Assembly: GCA_052327205.1 (NCBI GenBank)
Contig: CM126209.1
Span: 34,286,001-34,350,000 of the forward strand
Length of the DNA stretch: 64,000 nucleotides
Direction of reading: 5' to 3'
From: Somniosus microcephalus
Lineage: Eukaryota
The notes under the pieces are model-generated. The model was not told where the DNA came from. It did not search any database and worked only from the letters and a program-made list of their open reading frames with translations. The first letter of the stretch is position 1. Each line of letters begins with the position of its first letter. The position numbers were made by a program, and so were the translations under genes. Below are positions 40,058 through 51,480 of this stretch, one piece after another.

Positions 40058-40715
40058 GAAACACAGAAAATAGGAGCAGGAGTAGGCCATTCGGCCCTTC
40101 GAGCCTGCTCCGCCATTCAATGAGATCATGGCTGATCATCCAATTTCAGTACCCTGTCCCTGCCTTCTCCCCAAATCCCTTGATCCCTTTAGCCTCAAGA
40201 AATATATCCAACTCTTTCTTGAATATATTTAATGAACTGGCCTCCACCGCCCTCTGTGGCAGAGAATTCCACAGGTTCACCACTCTCTGGGTGAAGAAAT
40301 TCCTCCTCATTTCAGTTCTAAATGGCTTACCCCTTATCCTTAGGCTATGACCCCTGGTTCTGGACTCCCTGGCCATCAGAAACATCCTTCCTGCATCTAG
40401 TCTGTCCAGACCTGACAGAATTTTATAGGTTTCGATGAGATCCCCTCTCAATCTTCTAAACTCCAGTGAGTATAAGCCCAATCGACACAATCTCTCCTCA
40501 TACGTCATTCCTGCCATCCCAGGTATCAGCCTGGTGAATCTTCACTGCACTCCCTCCATGGCAAGAACATCCTTCCTCAGGTAAGGTGACCAAAACTGCA
40601 CACAATACTCAAGGTGCGGTCTCACCAAGGTCCTGTACAACTGTAGCAAGATATCCTTGTTCCTGTACTCGAACCCTCTTGCTACGAAGGCCAACATATC
40701 ATTTGCCTTCTTAAC
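40058..40715 (-). mobile_element. 5'-truncated CR1, same family as the intact copy at 48253
   Basis: ORFs 40146-40517 and 40542-40841 are nearly identical to the C-terminus of the 1034-aa ORF (LVRPHLEYCVQFWSP, KGFGEKAGTGY). Confidence 0.95.
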
Positions 40716-41594
40716 CGAAGTATAGAGTTGCAGGCTCCTAAACAATGAGGGATATGCAAGTGACTTTGACTCCAGGAAGATCAACATGACCGACCAATGA
40801 AAAGGACATGAGAAAAAGAACTGGGTAAAATTATATGGCATGTGCTAGCATGCTTCATGGACTGGATACAAGGGAAAAAATATTCCAAGGGTCTGGGGTC
40901 TTAATCTGTGTGACATTGCGTAACCCAGTCATAGAAGCAGTGGCCATTAGGCCAGCTCCAAATAGTGTTATCCAAATAATACCATCACTGAAAGAAAGCT
41001 CAGATAGAAATTCAAATTCAGCTCCACTAACCAAAATATTTTCATGAATCATTTTTTTTAAATTTTTTTATACTGTTTTCAATTTCTTCCTTCTCAATCC
41101 GGGTCAATTTTTAACATCTCTTCTATTTCAGCTTGTTCTTCTTATACAGAGAATACTAATAAGGCACAAAAATAGGGACTCTGATAATGAGGAACAGGTG
41201 ATCGACAAGCGCAAAAATTGCACAAGTGCCACTCAATTGTGGTTAGCAATTTTGCTGACCCATGTTTAAATGGCTCTCATTACCAAAACTAAAAGCCAAC
41301 TAAAGGGCTGTATTTTTAAGCACTGTAAGTTACAGTTGAGTGAAGACATGAATTGGGATTTGTTCTGTACATTGAAGAATAGTGCAAAATAGTTCAATCT
41401 AGCATAGGCCATGTAGAATTCACCCCGCAGCATGTGTTTGAATTTCACAAATGCTGTATCACAATAATGTAACATAATATTTTGCAGAACTATTATAATC
41501 AATAGCAAAATACAAAGCTGTTTTGAATCCCTACTCAATTGTAGTTTTTATTATTTTAAATGATTATGATCTTACTGCAATACAAATTTCTAAA

Positions 41595-43190
41595 TTTGCA
41601 GACAACACCAAATTTTGGGGGTGGGGGGGATAGTCAATACTGAGGAGGACTGCAACTAATTACAATAAGACATTAAGGGGGAAAAATTCAGTTGTTTGCG
41701 CCTCCCGTTAGCGCCTTAAGAGGGCGCTAATGGGGCGCAGCGATGTTTGCGTTGCTCGCGAAATTAACTAGACATTTTGCGGCGGCGCTAAACACTACCG
41801 CCACGATCTCCTGCGCTGGCAGATCGTGATGTCAGTCGAGTGCGCAACGCCCCGGTAGTGCCCCGTACCGGATATTGAGTGGTGCCCCCTGCCTTACCGC
41901 CTGCCGCTAGCAACAACAGGTTGAGGGGAGTGTTTTGCAGTCAGAAAGGGACTGGGGGAGCGCTATTTAAAGGCGACCGCTTCCTGCCTTTTTTTGTTGG
42001 TGACATTTTTGCACCACGCATTCTGAGAGAGAGCGAGAGAGAGAGAGAGACTTCTGGAGAGATTCAACGCTGTGTGAAGGAGTTTTGAGTACTGAGCAGC
42101 ACTTTGCAGGTTTATTTTGATTTGCCCTTCCTTGCTTCGCCAGCGCTCTGAGGTAGCGCCTCGCTCCTCGGCCTTTGCGCCTTAAGACAGGTGTGAAGCA
42201 CCTGATTTAGCGCTCCAATCACCTCCAGGGGCGATAAAAGCCAAGTTTGCCGTCGGAGGTGATAATTATCGCCAGGCGCTAAACTTTGTGCACGGCCGAT
42301 AATGGCGCCCCAAACGGGGCGATACTGAATTTTTCCCCCTAATAAATTTGCAGAATGGGCATATATTTGGCAAATTAATTTCAACACAAATCAGTGTACG
42401 GTATTACATTTTGATAAGAAAAATAGGGAGGTCACATATTACTTGGAAAATAAGAATCTAAATGGGGTAAAAGAGCAAAGGGATCTCGGAGGACAAATAC
42501 ATAAATCACAAAGTATCGACACAGGTTAACAAGGCCATAAAAAAGCAAACCAAGCACTAGGGATTATTTCTAGAGGGATAGAATTGAAAAGTAGTGAAGT
42601 TATGCTAAACTTGTATCAAACTTTGGTTAGACCACACTTGGAGTACTGCGTACAAATCTGGTCGCCATATTATAAAAAGGATATAGAGGCACTAGAGAGG
42701 GTGCAGAGAAGATTTACAAGGATGATACCAGAAATGCGAGGGTATACCTATCAGGAAAGGATGAACAGGCTGGGTCTCTTTTCTCTTGAAAAGAGAAGGC
42801 TGAGGGGTGACCTAATAGAGGTCTTTAAAATCATCAAAGGTTTTGATAGAGTAGAAAGAGAGAGAGTGTTTCCACTTGTGGGGAAGAACAAAACTAGAGG
42901 CCTTCAATATAAGACAGTCACCAAGAAATCAAATAGGAAATTCAGAAGAAACGTCTTTACCCAGAGAGCAGTGAGAATGTGGAACTTGCGACCACAAGGT
43001 GTGGTTGAAGCGATTAGTATCAATGCATTTAAGGGGCGGTTAGATAAGCATATGAGGGAGAAGGGAATAGAGGGTTATGCTGATAGAGTTAGATGAGGAA
43101 AGATGGGAGGAGGATCTAGTGGAGCATAAACACCAGCATGGACTAGTTGGGTCAAAAGGCCAGTTTCTGTGCTGTATATCTGATGTAATC
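41595..43190 (+). mobile_element. CR1 3' portion (older subfamily) interrupted by a MITE
   Basis: SKFADNTK at ~41590-41612; ORF 42584-43096 has LVRPHLEYCVQIWSP...LERVQRRFTR. The sequence is continuous across 41677-42339. Confidence 0.9.
41677..42339. mobile_element. PIF/Harbinger-type MITE with perfect 16-bp TIRs and a TAA TSD
   Basis: TAA|GGGGGAAAAATTCAGT ... ACTGAATTTTTCCCCC|TAA. Removing it and one TAA restores the CR1 sequence gacattaataaatttgcagaatgggc. Confidence 0.93.
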
Positions 43191-44281
43191 CTATATAAAT
43201 GATGGACTGGCTTCCAAACCATCCAGAAATCACCAGATGTCTTAATTTTGAATACTAGAAGCTACACTGCAGCCCATTTAGAGAAAAGTACTGTAACTTT
43301 AAGTACCAATGATTTATAGAAGATTATTTACACCATAAAACCATTGTTACAGAAATGTTACAGCATGTCATACCATTCAAACACAAAAGAAATTCTGTAT
43401 CTTGTATAAAATGCCCACTGGGCTGAAATATTATCTGACTGGTAATCAGAATCTCAGTATAGAAGTTAAAATGGGCCAAATAAAGTTAGTCTGCAGCATT
43501 ATAAGAAACTGAAACCATTTGTACAGTAGCCATATCACAGTCAATTATTTAATAATGCATTAAATCACAATGGGTGGCTTAAACCCTTTGCTGTATGCTT
43601 ACTTCTGGCTTTCTCCCCCCTCTTAACAAAATATTTATAAAGAAAGGACAATGCCAAATTAGGCACAGTACTATTTTGGTCTATTGATAAAACAGATCAC
43701 CAGATGAGCAAATGTATCAATAAAATATTATTCCCCTCTCCTATATACACATACATATCATGGCAAGTATTCAACTGGCAGAGCAAGTAATGTCATAGGT
43801 TCACTACAGTGTAGCTTCAAGATTCATAACACATTTTATTAATAGTTTATGAGTTCTATACTTAGAGTAGTCAGTCAAACCAAGTCTTCCACTGTTCTAT
43901 GCCTTAGCTGTCAGTTGCTATTATCTACCAATATGGCAATAATGTGCATAGCACATGTTCTTCACTCAATACAAAATCCCCCAAAAGTGAAAAGTATGAC
44001 AATTAAAGTCCAGCCCTCAAGGAAGTAATGTTCTAGTGGCATGTTAAATTAATACAAAATGTAAGGCAAGACAAAAAACATTTACAATTCGGTGTTAAAA
44101 TGAAAAACGACTATATTGCAGCACAAACACAAAAATACTTGGGTTAGAGCGTGTTAATTCACTCTAGGAAGGTAATTTTAAAGTTAACCAACAGCGACGG
44201 AGAAAATCAAAACCTTTTGTAAGAAAATGACCCAAATATGCATATCAAAAGCCAAGAAGAGCCAGTGACACAGGAAATATA

Positions 44282-44614
44282 CAGGAAACTTTCTGGTATC
44301 CGGCACTGACGGGACCGAGCTGGTGCCGTTAGATCAAAACTGCCGTATAAACCAGCTCTAATGTTAAAACATACAGAGCTTTTCAGCTCCGTGTGAATCA
44401 ACAAACCCTGTTGCTTAGCAACAGCTTCAAAACAGTCGGCTGCAGCTGCAAGCGTCTCTAGCTGAAGCTGTTGCTTAGCTACAGACCTGGCAGAGCCTGA
44501 CTGGGGAAAAAAAGCAACGAGAAGTAAAAAAAACTTATAGAAAACGGCTCCTGAATTTTGCCGGTAGATAGAGCTTTCCGGACTTTTAACCTCTGGTTAA
44601 ATGAAAGTTTCCTG
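44282..44614 (-). mobile_element. Tc1/mariner (pogo/Tigger-like) MITE, second copy in opposite orientation
   Basis: TA|CAGGAAACTTTC ... GAAAGTTTCCTG|TA; reverse-complement similarity to 36750-37088. Confidence 0.92.
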
Positions 44615-45742
44615 TATTAACAAATAGACAATGACCAGGTAAATGAAAACAAAAAGAAATCCTAATGTCTTTGATCAAAAGTTTAAAAATCATGTGGTCT
44701 ATTAAGCGCTTCAAAATTCTACACTGCATACAAGCATTGTTGATTGGGTGGCCAATGTGGCATTGCCCCATTAATTTTCTTTTCCTTTTAATTAGCTGGC
44801 AGCAGTTCTAGTTTGCCAAACTACTTTACATCAGGAATTTTATTTCACTGTATGCAAACAAATGAGCAAAAAGGTAAATAAAAACAGTGATTTCTTGATA
44901 CAGTATATGACGTAAGAAAACTACTAGGCACTTGGTCTAAGCATTAAACAAAGCTTTAATCAACTGTTTTACAATATGGAGGTCTAGTTGTGTCCTTCAC
45001 TAGTTCCTGTTAAGAACGTCCTGTGCAAGCTGGGCCCGTGCCCGAGTATTTATACTCTCCCTGGACAGCGCCACCCGTAGGTCACTCAGTCTTATTTCAT
45101 AAGTCTTTCTTTCATGAATGACTGATTCATGTCAGTATAATTGTTAGTTTAACTTTTTACTAACATCCAAAGAAAATTTCAAGGTTAAGAGTAAAATAGT
45201 GCACAAAGAACTTGGCAGATTCGAACCACAAAATATCTTTTTACTGCTAACTTTCATTTTCCTGTAAGCTCTTACCGAGAATCACTTTTTAGCATCAGGA
45301 AAACTGCTAAGATAATAAAGAGTGTGGACTAAGAACATTTGTATACGACATAGCACATTAAAATGGAGGACCATATAACAAAATAAACAATGGCACAGGT
45401 GGCGAGAACTGCTGGAATCATACAGCCTAGAAAGCCAGTGTAATAAGTCCTACATAAATAAATATAGCAGATTGCATATGTTATTGTTGTGCTATATAAT
45501 TTAGAGATTAACGTAATAAATCACTGCTTCAAGCTGTTTCCCACATCTGAATATTTACATTCTCTATTTCAGGAAGCATCCTAAATAGTGTCTTTTCTCA
45601 TCTCTATAAATGGATTTTTTTCCAACTCTGCAAAGCTATATCCATATCTTGTTTAAATTCCTGCATAGGGCACACGATCCATTGAAAACTGCTATATAAA
45701 CATTACCTATGTGTGTTGCAATGTTAAAATGTCAACATTTAC

Positions 45743-45835
45743 GTGTAGTACCGCCAGGTAGCGCTCTAATAGGAATTACAATGTTCAATGATGAAACTGA
45801 CCGTCACTATTACTTGTCACGCCACTAGGTGGCTA
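45743..45835 (+). promoter_or_regulatory. Tandem CTCF-like motifs
   Basis: gtgtagta-CCGCCAGGTAGCGC (45751-45764) and CCACTAGGTGGC (45822-45833); matched by eye. Confidence 0.4.
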
Positions 45836-45849
45836 ATAGGAATTTCAAT

Positions 45850-46579
45850 GACCCTGAATTTGCGGTTAGGGGCTTCCCGCGGGGAAATGCCTCCGATCCG
45901 CAAATAAAATGCCTGCGTGCCTGGTGGTCCGGGGACTTGCGGTCCTGGACCTCTCCGGATACGTGCGGGAAGAGGCCTACGTAGCTCAGGGGTGCACGCG
46001 GTTCACAAGCGCCCCCTGGGATCACGTGGGCTGGCCCAATGAATGAAAGAAGGGGATCCCCATTCATAGTTATGGGGATTCCGTATGTATGGAAACCCCA
46101 GAAGTATGAATGGGAATATCCCAAAAAATACCTCTGCACTTCAATTTTTTTTAAAAAATCACATAATTAAAATGGCATTTAATTAGCCATTTAAAAGAAA
46201 AATTTAATTTTTTGAAAAATAAATGTTCATGTTTTAAAGGGGCTAAAACTAAACTTACCTTATTTCACAGGTTTTTAAAATGTTTAAATTATTGATAATT
46301 TTATTTTTCTGTTTTTTAAAACTCTTACACTGGTAAAAGCAGGCCTTACGCCCACTTTTACCAGGTGTAAGAATTTCACGGGCATTCGCTGGGTCCAACT
46401 CTCCGCCCGCGGATGCCCTTTTCCCGGGGCTGCATTGACTCCGTCAAGAAAATTCTTGACAGATCAGAAGTTCCGGGTTTTCGCCCATGCAGAGCGCATG
46501 CCTGAACCCGGAACTTGCACAGCCCCTATGGGCACGTGCGTACCTTGTACGCGCCCGCAGGGGCCGCAAATTATGGCCC
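45850..46579 (-). mobile_element. MITE related to the 27345/61958 family, reverse orientation
   Basis: Imperfect TIRs gaccctgaatttgcgg / ccgcaaattatggccc, flanks aat/att. Internal cccctgggatcacgtgggc and aaaagcaggcctt are reverse complements of family motifs. Confidence 0.78.
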
Positions 46580-47303
46580 ATTATTAATTTAATCACTGAC
46601 CTGTAATGGTTGTCTGCTTTCATCACAAAATGCTTTCTGAAAAAAATGTCATCCACCAATTTCTCTCATTTTTTAGACATTAGAAATTTCAAACAAAAAA
46701 ATTAAAAAATTACATATTTCACAACATGGTGAAATTTATCCACTGAATTGGCTTTTAATGCCTTTTAAAAAAAAAAAGTATTTTTACTTGAAGGCCTCAG
46801 TCTCTCCCACAAACTTGGGCTTGTACTTGATTGAGGTGCCCCTCTGGGGAAAAACTGTTCGCTCAATTGGAATTGTACAGTGTGTGCGCAGTGTACCCAA
46901 CTTCCCAGGATGCAGCAGTACCAGTCAGTCAGCTGAACTGATGGAATATTTGTTAACATCTGGCACGTTATGGTCATTTGTTTTTCCAAATTATTTGAAG
47001 AAAAGCTAGGGACAATTTTCAGAAGTTATAGTCAGATAAAACCTATATAGAGTGTTTTGAAAAGCAGAAACTGCGAGAGAGAGAGAATCAGAAATAATAC
47101 AAACAAAATGACTAAACTGATTACACAACTGTTTCGGTTTTGCTTTGTGTTCAACAAATTTCAGCAAGTGTATTAAGCAGAGAAGAGAACATCTTTTATC
47201 ATCCCAATTGGAATTCAGATTCTTTTAAAAGCTGAATTTTGAAGCAAACCGAAAACCTATAGTTGTGTGCTCTACAAACTTCAGAAAACATATTAAACAC
47301 GAT

Positions 47304-47994
47304 GGGGGAGAAATTGGGTGAGTAGCGCCACTTGTTAGCGCCTAAAGAGGCAGGCAGTGGCTGTAGCGTCACTGGCTGCGCCTCCCGCGATATTGAGTTG
47401 GGGCGATAATGGTGGTGTTAGCCTTTTGCGCTGCGCCGCCACCGATTACGTCATCGGTGTGCACAGCGCCCCATTCGCGATATTTGGTAGCGAACGGCGC
47501 CGTTCGCTACCTGCGCCCGGTTCACGGGGCCTTACTGTGCCGGCAGCAGTGCAAGTTAAGGTGGAGGTGCGGGGCGGCTGCCTTTTTCAGCGGCCGCCTG
47601 CCAGCACCTCCGTCCCCGGCCTCCTGACCACTCCCCCGCGGCATTGCCGGCTGTTTCCTGAGAGCCCGGCACTTCTCCTTGGTGCCGGGCTCATTTGCCG
47701 GCACTCGTGAGCGGGGATCGCGCTGTTGCAGGCACCTCCCCCTTAACAGTGGGAGGAAGGCCTGCAGTACCTCAGCGTGCCGTGCCGCAGCGTGTGGCGC
47801 TGCAGCACGTTGCGCTGCGATATTCAGTTTCAGCACCCTAAGAGGGACGCGGAGCGCCTCGAGCCTCGCCCCGTGTCCCTCGAGGGGCAATGAAACTGAA
47901 TATCTGACGATCGCTGAAGCCTCAAATGCAGCGCTAAATCCTGCGCTCAGGCGACTTTTGCGCCACTTTGACGCCCCAACCCAATTTCTAGGCC
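47304..47994. mobile_element. GC-rich MITE related to the 41677 element
   Basis: Ends gggggAGAAATTGGGT / ACCCAATTTCTaggcc; gttagcgcct.aagagg is shared with the 41677 element; internal hairpin gatattcagtttca...tgaaactgaatatc. No clear TSD. Confidence 0.72.
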
Positions 47995-48158
47995 GGAGAC
48001 TTTTTGCCGTCCAAATTGGAGTTCATTTTTCAGAAAAAGTTGCATTTTCAAGCAAGCAGAAAGTCTCACCTGTTTTTTGTTAATTTAGAAAATGTAAACA
48101 TGGTAATTATTGACACCTGGATGAGACGAACGGAGAGACAGACACAGAGAGAAGCAGA

Positions 48159-48250
48159 AATAACAACAGAAAATGCTGGAAAAACTCAGACCAGGCAACA
48201 TCCGTGGAGAGAGAAATAGAGTCAACATTTCAGGTCAAAACCCTTTGTCA
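48159..48250 (-). repeat. Left arm of a Penelope-type inverted repeat
   Basis: Reverse-complement match over ~90 bp, with few mismatches and one 3-nt indel, to 51329-51420. Confidence 0.8.
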
Positions 48251-48252
48251 AG

Positions 48253-51200
48253 ACATAGAAACATAGAAACATAGAGATAGGAACAGGAGTCGGCCATTCG
48301 GCCCTTCGAGCCTGCTCCGCCATTCAATGAGATCATGGCTGATCTTCGTCTGAGATCATAGCTGATCTTACCAGTTCAGTACCCCGTCCCCGCCTTTTCT
48401 CCGTAACCCTTAATCCCCTTAGCCTTCAGAAATATATCCAATTCTCTCTTGAAAATATTTATTGAATTAGCCTTCACAGCCCTCTGTGGCAGGGAATTCC
48501 ACAGGCTCACCACTCTTTGAGTGAAGAAATTCTTCCTCATCTCTGTTTTAAATGATTTGCCCGCTATTTTTAGACTGTGGCCCCTGGTTCTGTGCTCCCC
48601 TGCCATTGGAAACATTCTCTCTGAATTCAGCCTGTCCAGGCCTGCCATAATTTTATATGTTTCGATGAGATCCCCTCTCAATCTTCTAAACTCCAGTGAG
48701 TACAAGCCCAAACTATTCAATCTCTCCTCGTAGGTCATTCCCGCCATTCCAGGTATCAGCCTGGTGAATCGCCGCTGCACTCTTTCCATGGCAAGAACAT
48801 CCTTCCGCAGATGGGGCGACCAAAACTGTACACAATACTCCAGATGCGGTCTCACCAGCACCTTGTACAGCTGTAGTAAGGTATCCCTATTCCTATACTC
48901 GAACCCCCTTGATATGAAGGCCAACATACCATTTGCCTTCTTAATCGCCTGTTGCACCTGCATGCTCTCCTTCAGTGACTGGTGCACAAGAACACCCAGG
49001 TCCCTCTGCACTTCCCCATCTCCCAATCTATTGCCATTTAGATAATAATCCACCCTCCTGTTTTTACCCCCAAAGTGGATAACCTCGCATTTATCCACAT
49101 TATAGTGCATCTGCCACGTATCCGCCCATTCCCCCAACCTGTCCAAATCGCACTGTAGCCTCCTGACATCCTCATCAGAGCCCACCCCTCCTCCTAGTTT
49201 AGTGTCGTCAGCGAATTTGGAAATATTGCATCCAATTCCCTGATCCAGATCATTTATATATATTGTGAACAGCTGGGGTCCCAGGACAGATCCTTGCGGC
49301 ACCCCGCTGGTCACTGCCTGCCACTCCGAAAACGAGCCGTTTATTCCAACTCTCTGTTTTCTATCCGCCAGCCAGTTCTCTATCCACGTTAATACTTTGC
49401 CCCCAATCCCATGAGCCTTAATTTTGCATGATAATCTTTTGTGTGGAACCTTATCGAAGGCTTTCTGGAAGTCAAGGTACACCACATCCATTGGCTCTCC
49501 CCCATCTATTTTACCAGTTACTTCCTCAAAAAATTCCAGCAGATTAGTCAAACACGATTTACCCTTTGTAAATCCATGTTGACTCTGTCCGATCCTTTCC
49601 CCATTTGTCAAGTGCTCCGCTATTTTATCCTTAATAATGGACTCTAGCATTTTGCCCACAACCGATGTAAGGCTTACTGGTCTATAATTCCCTGCTTTCT
49701 CTCTACCCCCCTTTTTAAATATTGGGGTAACATTAGCTACCCTCCAATCCACGGGTACTGTTCCCGAGTCAATGGAGTTCCGGAAGATGATCCTTAGAGC
49801 ATCTGCTATCTCCAGGGCCACCTCCTTAAGTACCCTAGGATGTAGTTTATCAGGCCCCGGGGATTTGTCGGCCTTCAGTCCCCTCAACTTACCCAACACC
49901 ATATCCCTAGAGATACTAATTTCTGTCAGCTCCTCCCTCTCATTAGTCCCTATGTTTGTCGATATTCCTGGGAGGTTATTTGTGTCCTCCTTTGTGAATA
50001 CAGAACCAAAGTATGAGTTTAATTGGTCTGCCATTTCCTTATTCTCCATTATATATTCTCCCGAATCGGACTGCAAGGGACCGACTTGGGATTTTACCAG
50101 TCTTTTCCTCCTGATATACCGATAAAAGCTTTTGCAGTCTGTCTTTATGTTTGCTGCAAGTTTACTTTCGTATTCTATTTTCCCCTTCCTGATTAATCCC
50201 TTTGTCCTCTTTTGCTGTATCCTGTACTGCCCCCAATCTTCCGGTCTGGTGCTTTTTTTTGCCAGTTGATATGCCCTTTTTTTTGATTTTATGCTGTCCC
50301 TAATTTCCCTCGTTATCCACGGTTGAGTCACCTTTTTAGGTTTATTTTTATGCCAAACCGGTATAAACATGTTCTGGAATTCTTCCATTCTATCTTTGAA
50401 TGCTTGCCATTGTCTATCCACTGTCAATCCCCCCAGAAACACCACCCAATCAATCTTACCCAATTCCCGTCTCATACCCTCGTAATTCCCTTTATTTAAG
50501 TTCTGGACCTTAGTCTCTGATTCAATTTCCTCACTCTCCATCTCGACTGAGAGCTCGATCATATTATGATCGCTCTGACCCAAGGGGCCTCGTACAAGAA
50601 GATTGCTGATAAGTCCCTTCTCATTGCACAATACCCAGTCTAAAATGGCCTGATCTCGAGTCGGCTCCTCGACATATTGGTCCAGATAACCGTCCCGAAA
50701 ACATTCCAGGAATTCCTCCTCCTCAGAATTTTTACTAATTTGGGTAGTCCAATCAATATGTAAATTAAAGTCACCCATGATGACAGCTGTGCTCTTATCG
50801 CACGCTTCTCTAATTTCCCTTTTTATGCCTTCCCTCACCTCCATATTACTATTTGGAGGCCTATATATCACACCCACTAACGTTTTCCTCCCCTTGCTAT
50901 TTCTCATTTCTACCCATACAGATTCCGTTTCATCCGAGTTAATATCCTTCCTTTCCATTGCATTAATCCCCTCCTTTACCAGCAATGCTACCCCACCTCC
51001 CCTACCTTTTTGTCGATCCTTCCTAAATATTGTATATCCCTGGATGTTAAGTTCCCAGCCTTGCCCACCCTGCAGCCACGTTTCTGTAATCCCAATCAAA
51101 TCATACTTGTTTACCTCTATTTCCATAACTAATTCATCCACCTTGTTCCTAATGCTTCTAGCATTAAGATACAAAGCCTTCAGGCTTGCTTTTTTCACAC

Positions 51201-51332
51201 TCTCATTATGAATTAGTTTGGCCCTTTGTGTTTCTCTCCTTTGCTTATTGCTTCTCACCTTTCTACCATCTATTTCTAACTTCATATGACTTCCCTCTTT
51301 TCCACTACCTAGGTTCCCATCCCCCTGCCAAA
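48253..51332 (-). mobile_element. Young CR1 LINE, 5'-truncated just upstream of ORF2, with intact EN+RT
   Basis: Octamer tail (TTCTATGT)n at 48253-48274, CR1 3' UTR, uninterrupted ORF; the 5' junction falls at the WQGDGN linker. Confidence 0.96.
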
Positions 51333-51480
51333 GGGTTTCGACCTGAAACATTGACTCTATTTCTCTCTCCATGGATGTTGCCTGGCCTGCTGAGTTTTTC
51401 CAGCATTTTTTGTTGTTATTTCGGATTTCCAGCATCTGCAGTATTTTGCTATCGTACACAGAGAGAAGCAGAGTGTCCAT
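48376..51480 (-). CDS. CR1 ORF2 protein (APE endonuclease + reverse transcriptase), 1034-aa open frame; the first ~50 aa come from flanking non-CR1 DNA
   Basis: EN motifs LYLNARS, GITETW, GVIYRPP, MGDFN, SDH; RT motifs NYRPVSL, YLDFQKAFD, GVPQGSVLGP, FADD. No internal stops. Confidence 0.95.
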   Translation of the reverse strand: MDTLLLSVYDSKILQMLEIRNNNKKCWKNSAGQATSMEREIESMFQVETLWQGDGNLGSGKEGSHMKLEIDGRKVRSNKQRRETQRAKLIHNESVKKASLKALYLNARSIRNKVDELVMEIEVNKYDLIGITETWLQGGQGWELNIQGYTIFRKDRQKGRGGGVALLVKEGINAMERKDINSDETESVWVEMRNSKGRKTLVGVIYRPPNSNMEVREGIKREIREACDKSTAVIMGDFNLHIDWTTQISKNSEEEEFLECFRDGYLDQYVEEPTRDQAILDWVLCNEKGLISNLLVRGPLGQSDHNMIELSVEMESEEIESETKVQNLNKGNYEGMRRELGKIDWVVFLGGLTVDRQWQAFKDRMEEFQNMFIPVWHKNKPKKVTQPWITREIRDSIKSKKRAYQLAKKSTRPEDWGQYRIQQKRTKGLIRKGKIEYESKLAANIKTDCKSFYRYIRRKRLVKSQVGPLQSDSGEYIMENKEMADQLNSYFGSVFTKEDTNNLPGISTNIGTNEREELTEISISRDMVLGKLRGLKADKSPGPDKLHPRVLKEVALEIADALRIIFRNSIDSGTVPVDWRVANVTPIFKKGGREKAGNYRPVSLTSVVGKMLESIIKDKIAEHLTNGERIGQSQHGFTKGKSCLTNLLEFFEEVTGKIDGGEPMDVVYLDFQKAFDKVPHKRLSCKIKAHGIGGKVLTWIENWLADRKQRVGINGSFSEWQAVTSGVPQGSVLGPQLFTIYINDLDQGIGCNISKFADDTKLGGGVGSDEDVRRLQCDLDRLGEWADTWQMHYNVDKCEVIHFGGKNRRVDYYLNGNRLGDGEVQRDLGVLVHQSLKESMQVQQAIKKANGMLAFISRGFEYRNRDTLLQLYKVLVRPHLEYCVQFWSPHLRKDVLAMERVQRRFTRLIPGMAGMTYEERLNSLGLYSLEFRRLRGDLIETYKIMAGLDRLNSERMFPMAGEHRTRGHSLKIAGKSFKTEMRKNFFTQRVVSLWNSLPQRAVKANSINIFKRELDIFLKAKGIKGYGEKAGTGY
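51329..51455 (+). repeat. Right arm of the Penelope-type inverted repeat (pLTR-like, hammerhead remnant)
   Basis: aagggtttcgacctgaaacattgactct...cctgctgagtttttccagcat...tccagcatctgcagt, followed by the 17-bp TSD acacagagagaagcaga (51456-51472 = 48142-48158). Confidence 0.8.

Noticed and set aside
47357-48083. Overlapping GC-rich ORFs / apparent CpG-island promoter
   Set aside because: They fall inside a TIR-bounded MITE, and GC-rich DNA is depleted of stop codons.
51330-51480. N-terminal ~50 aa of the 1034-aa ORF as a novel protein domain
   Set aside because: It is read-through translation of the TSD and the inverted-repeat arm, not evidence of a selected domain.
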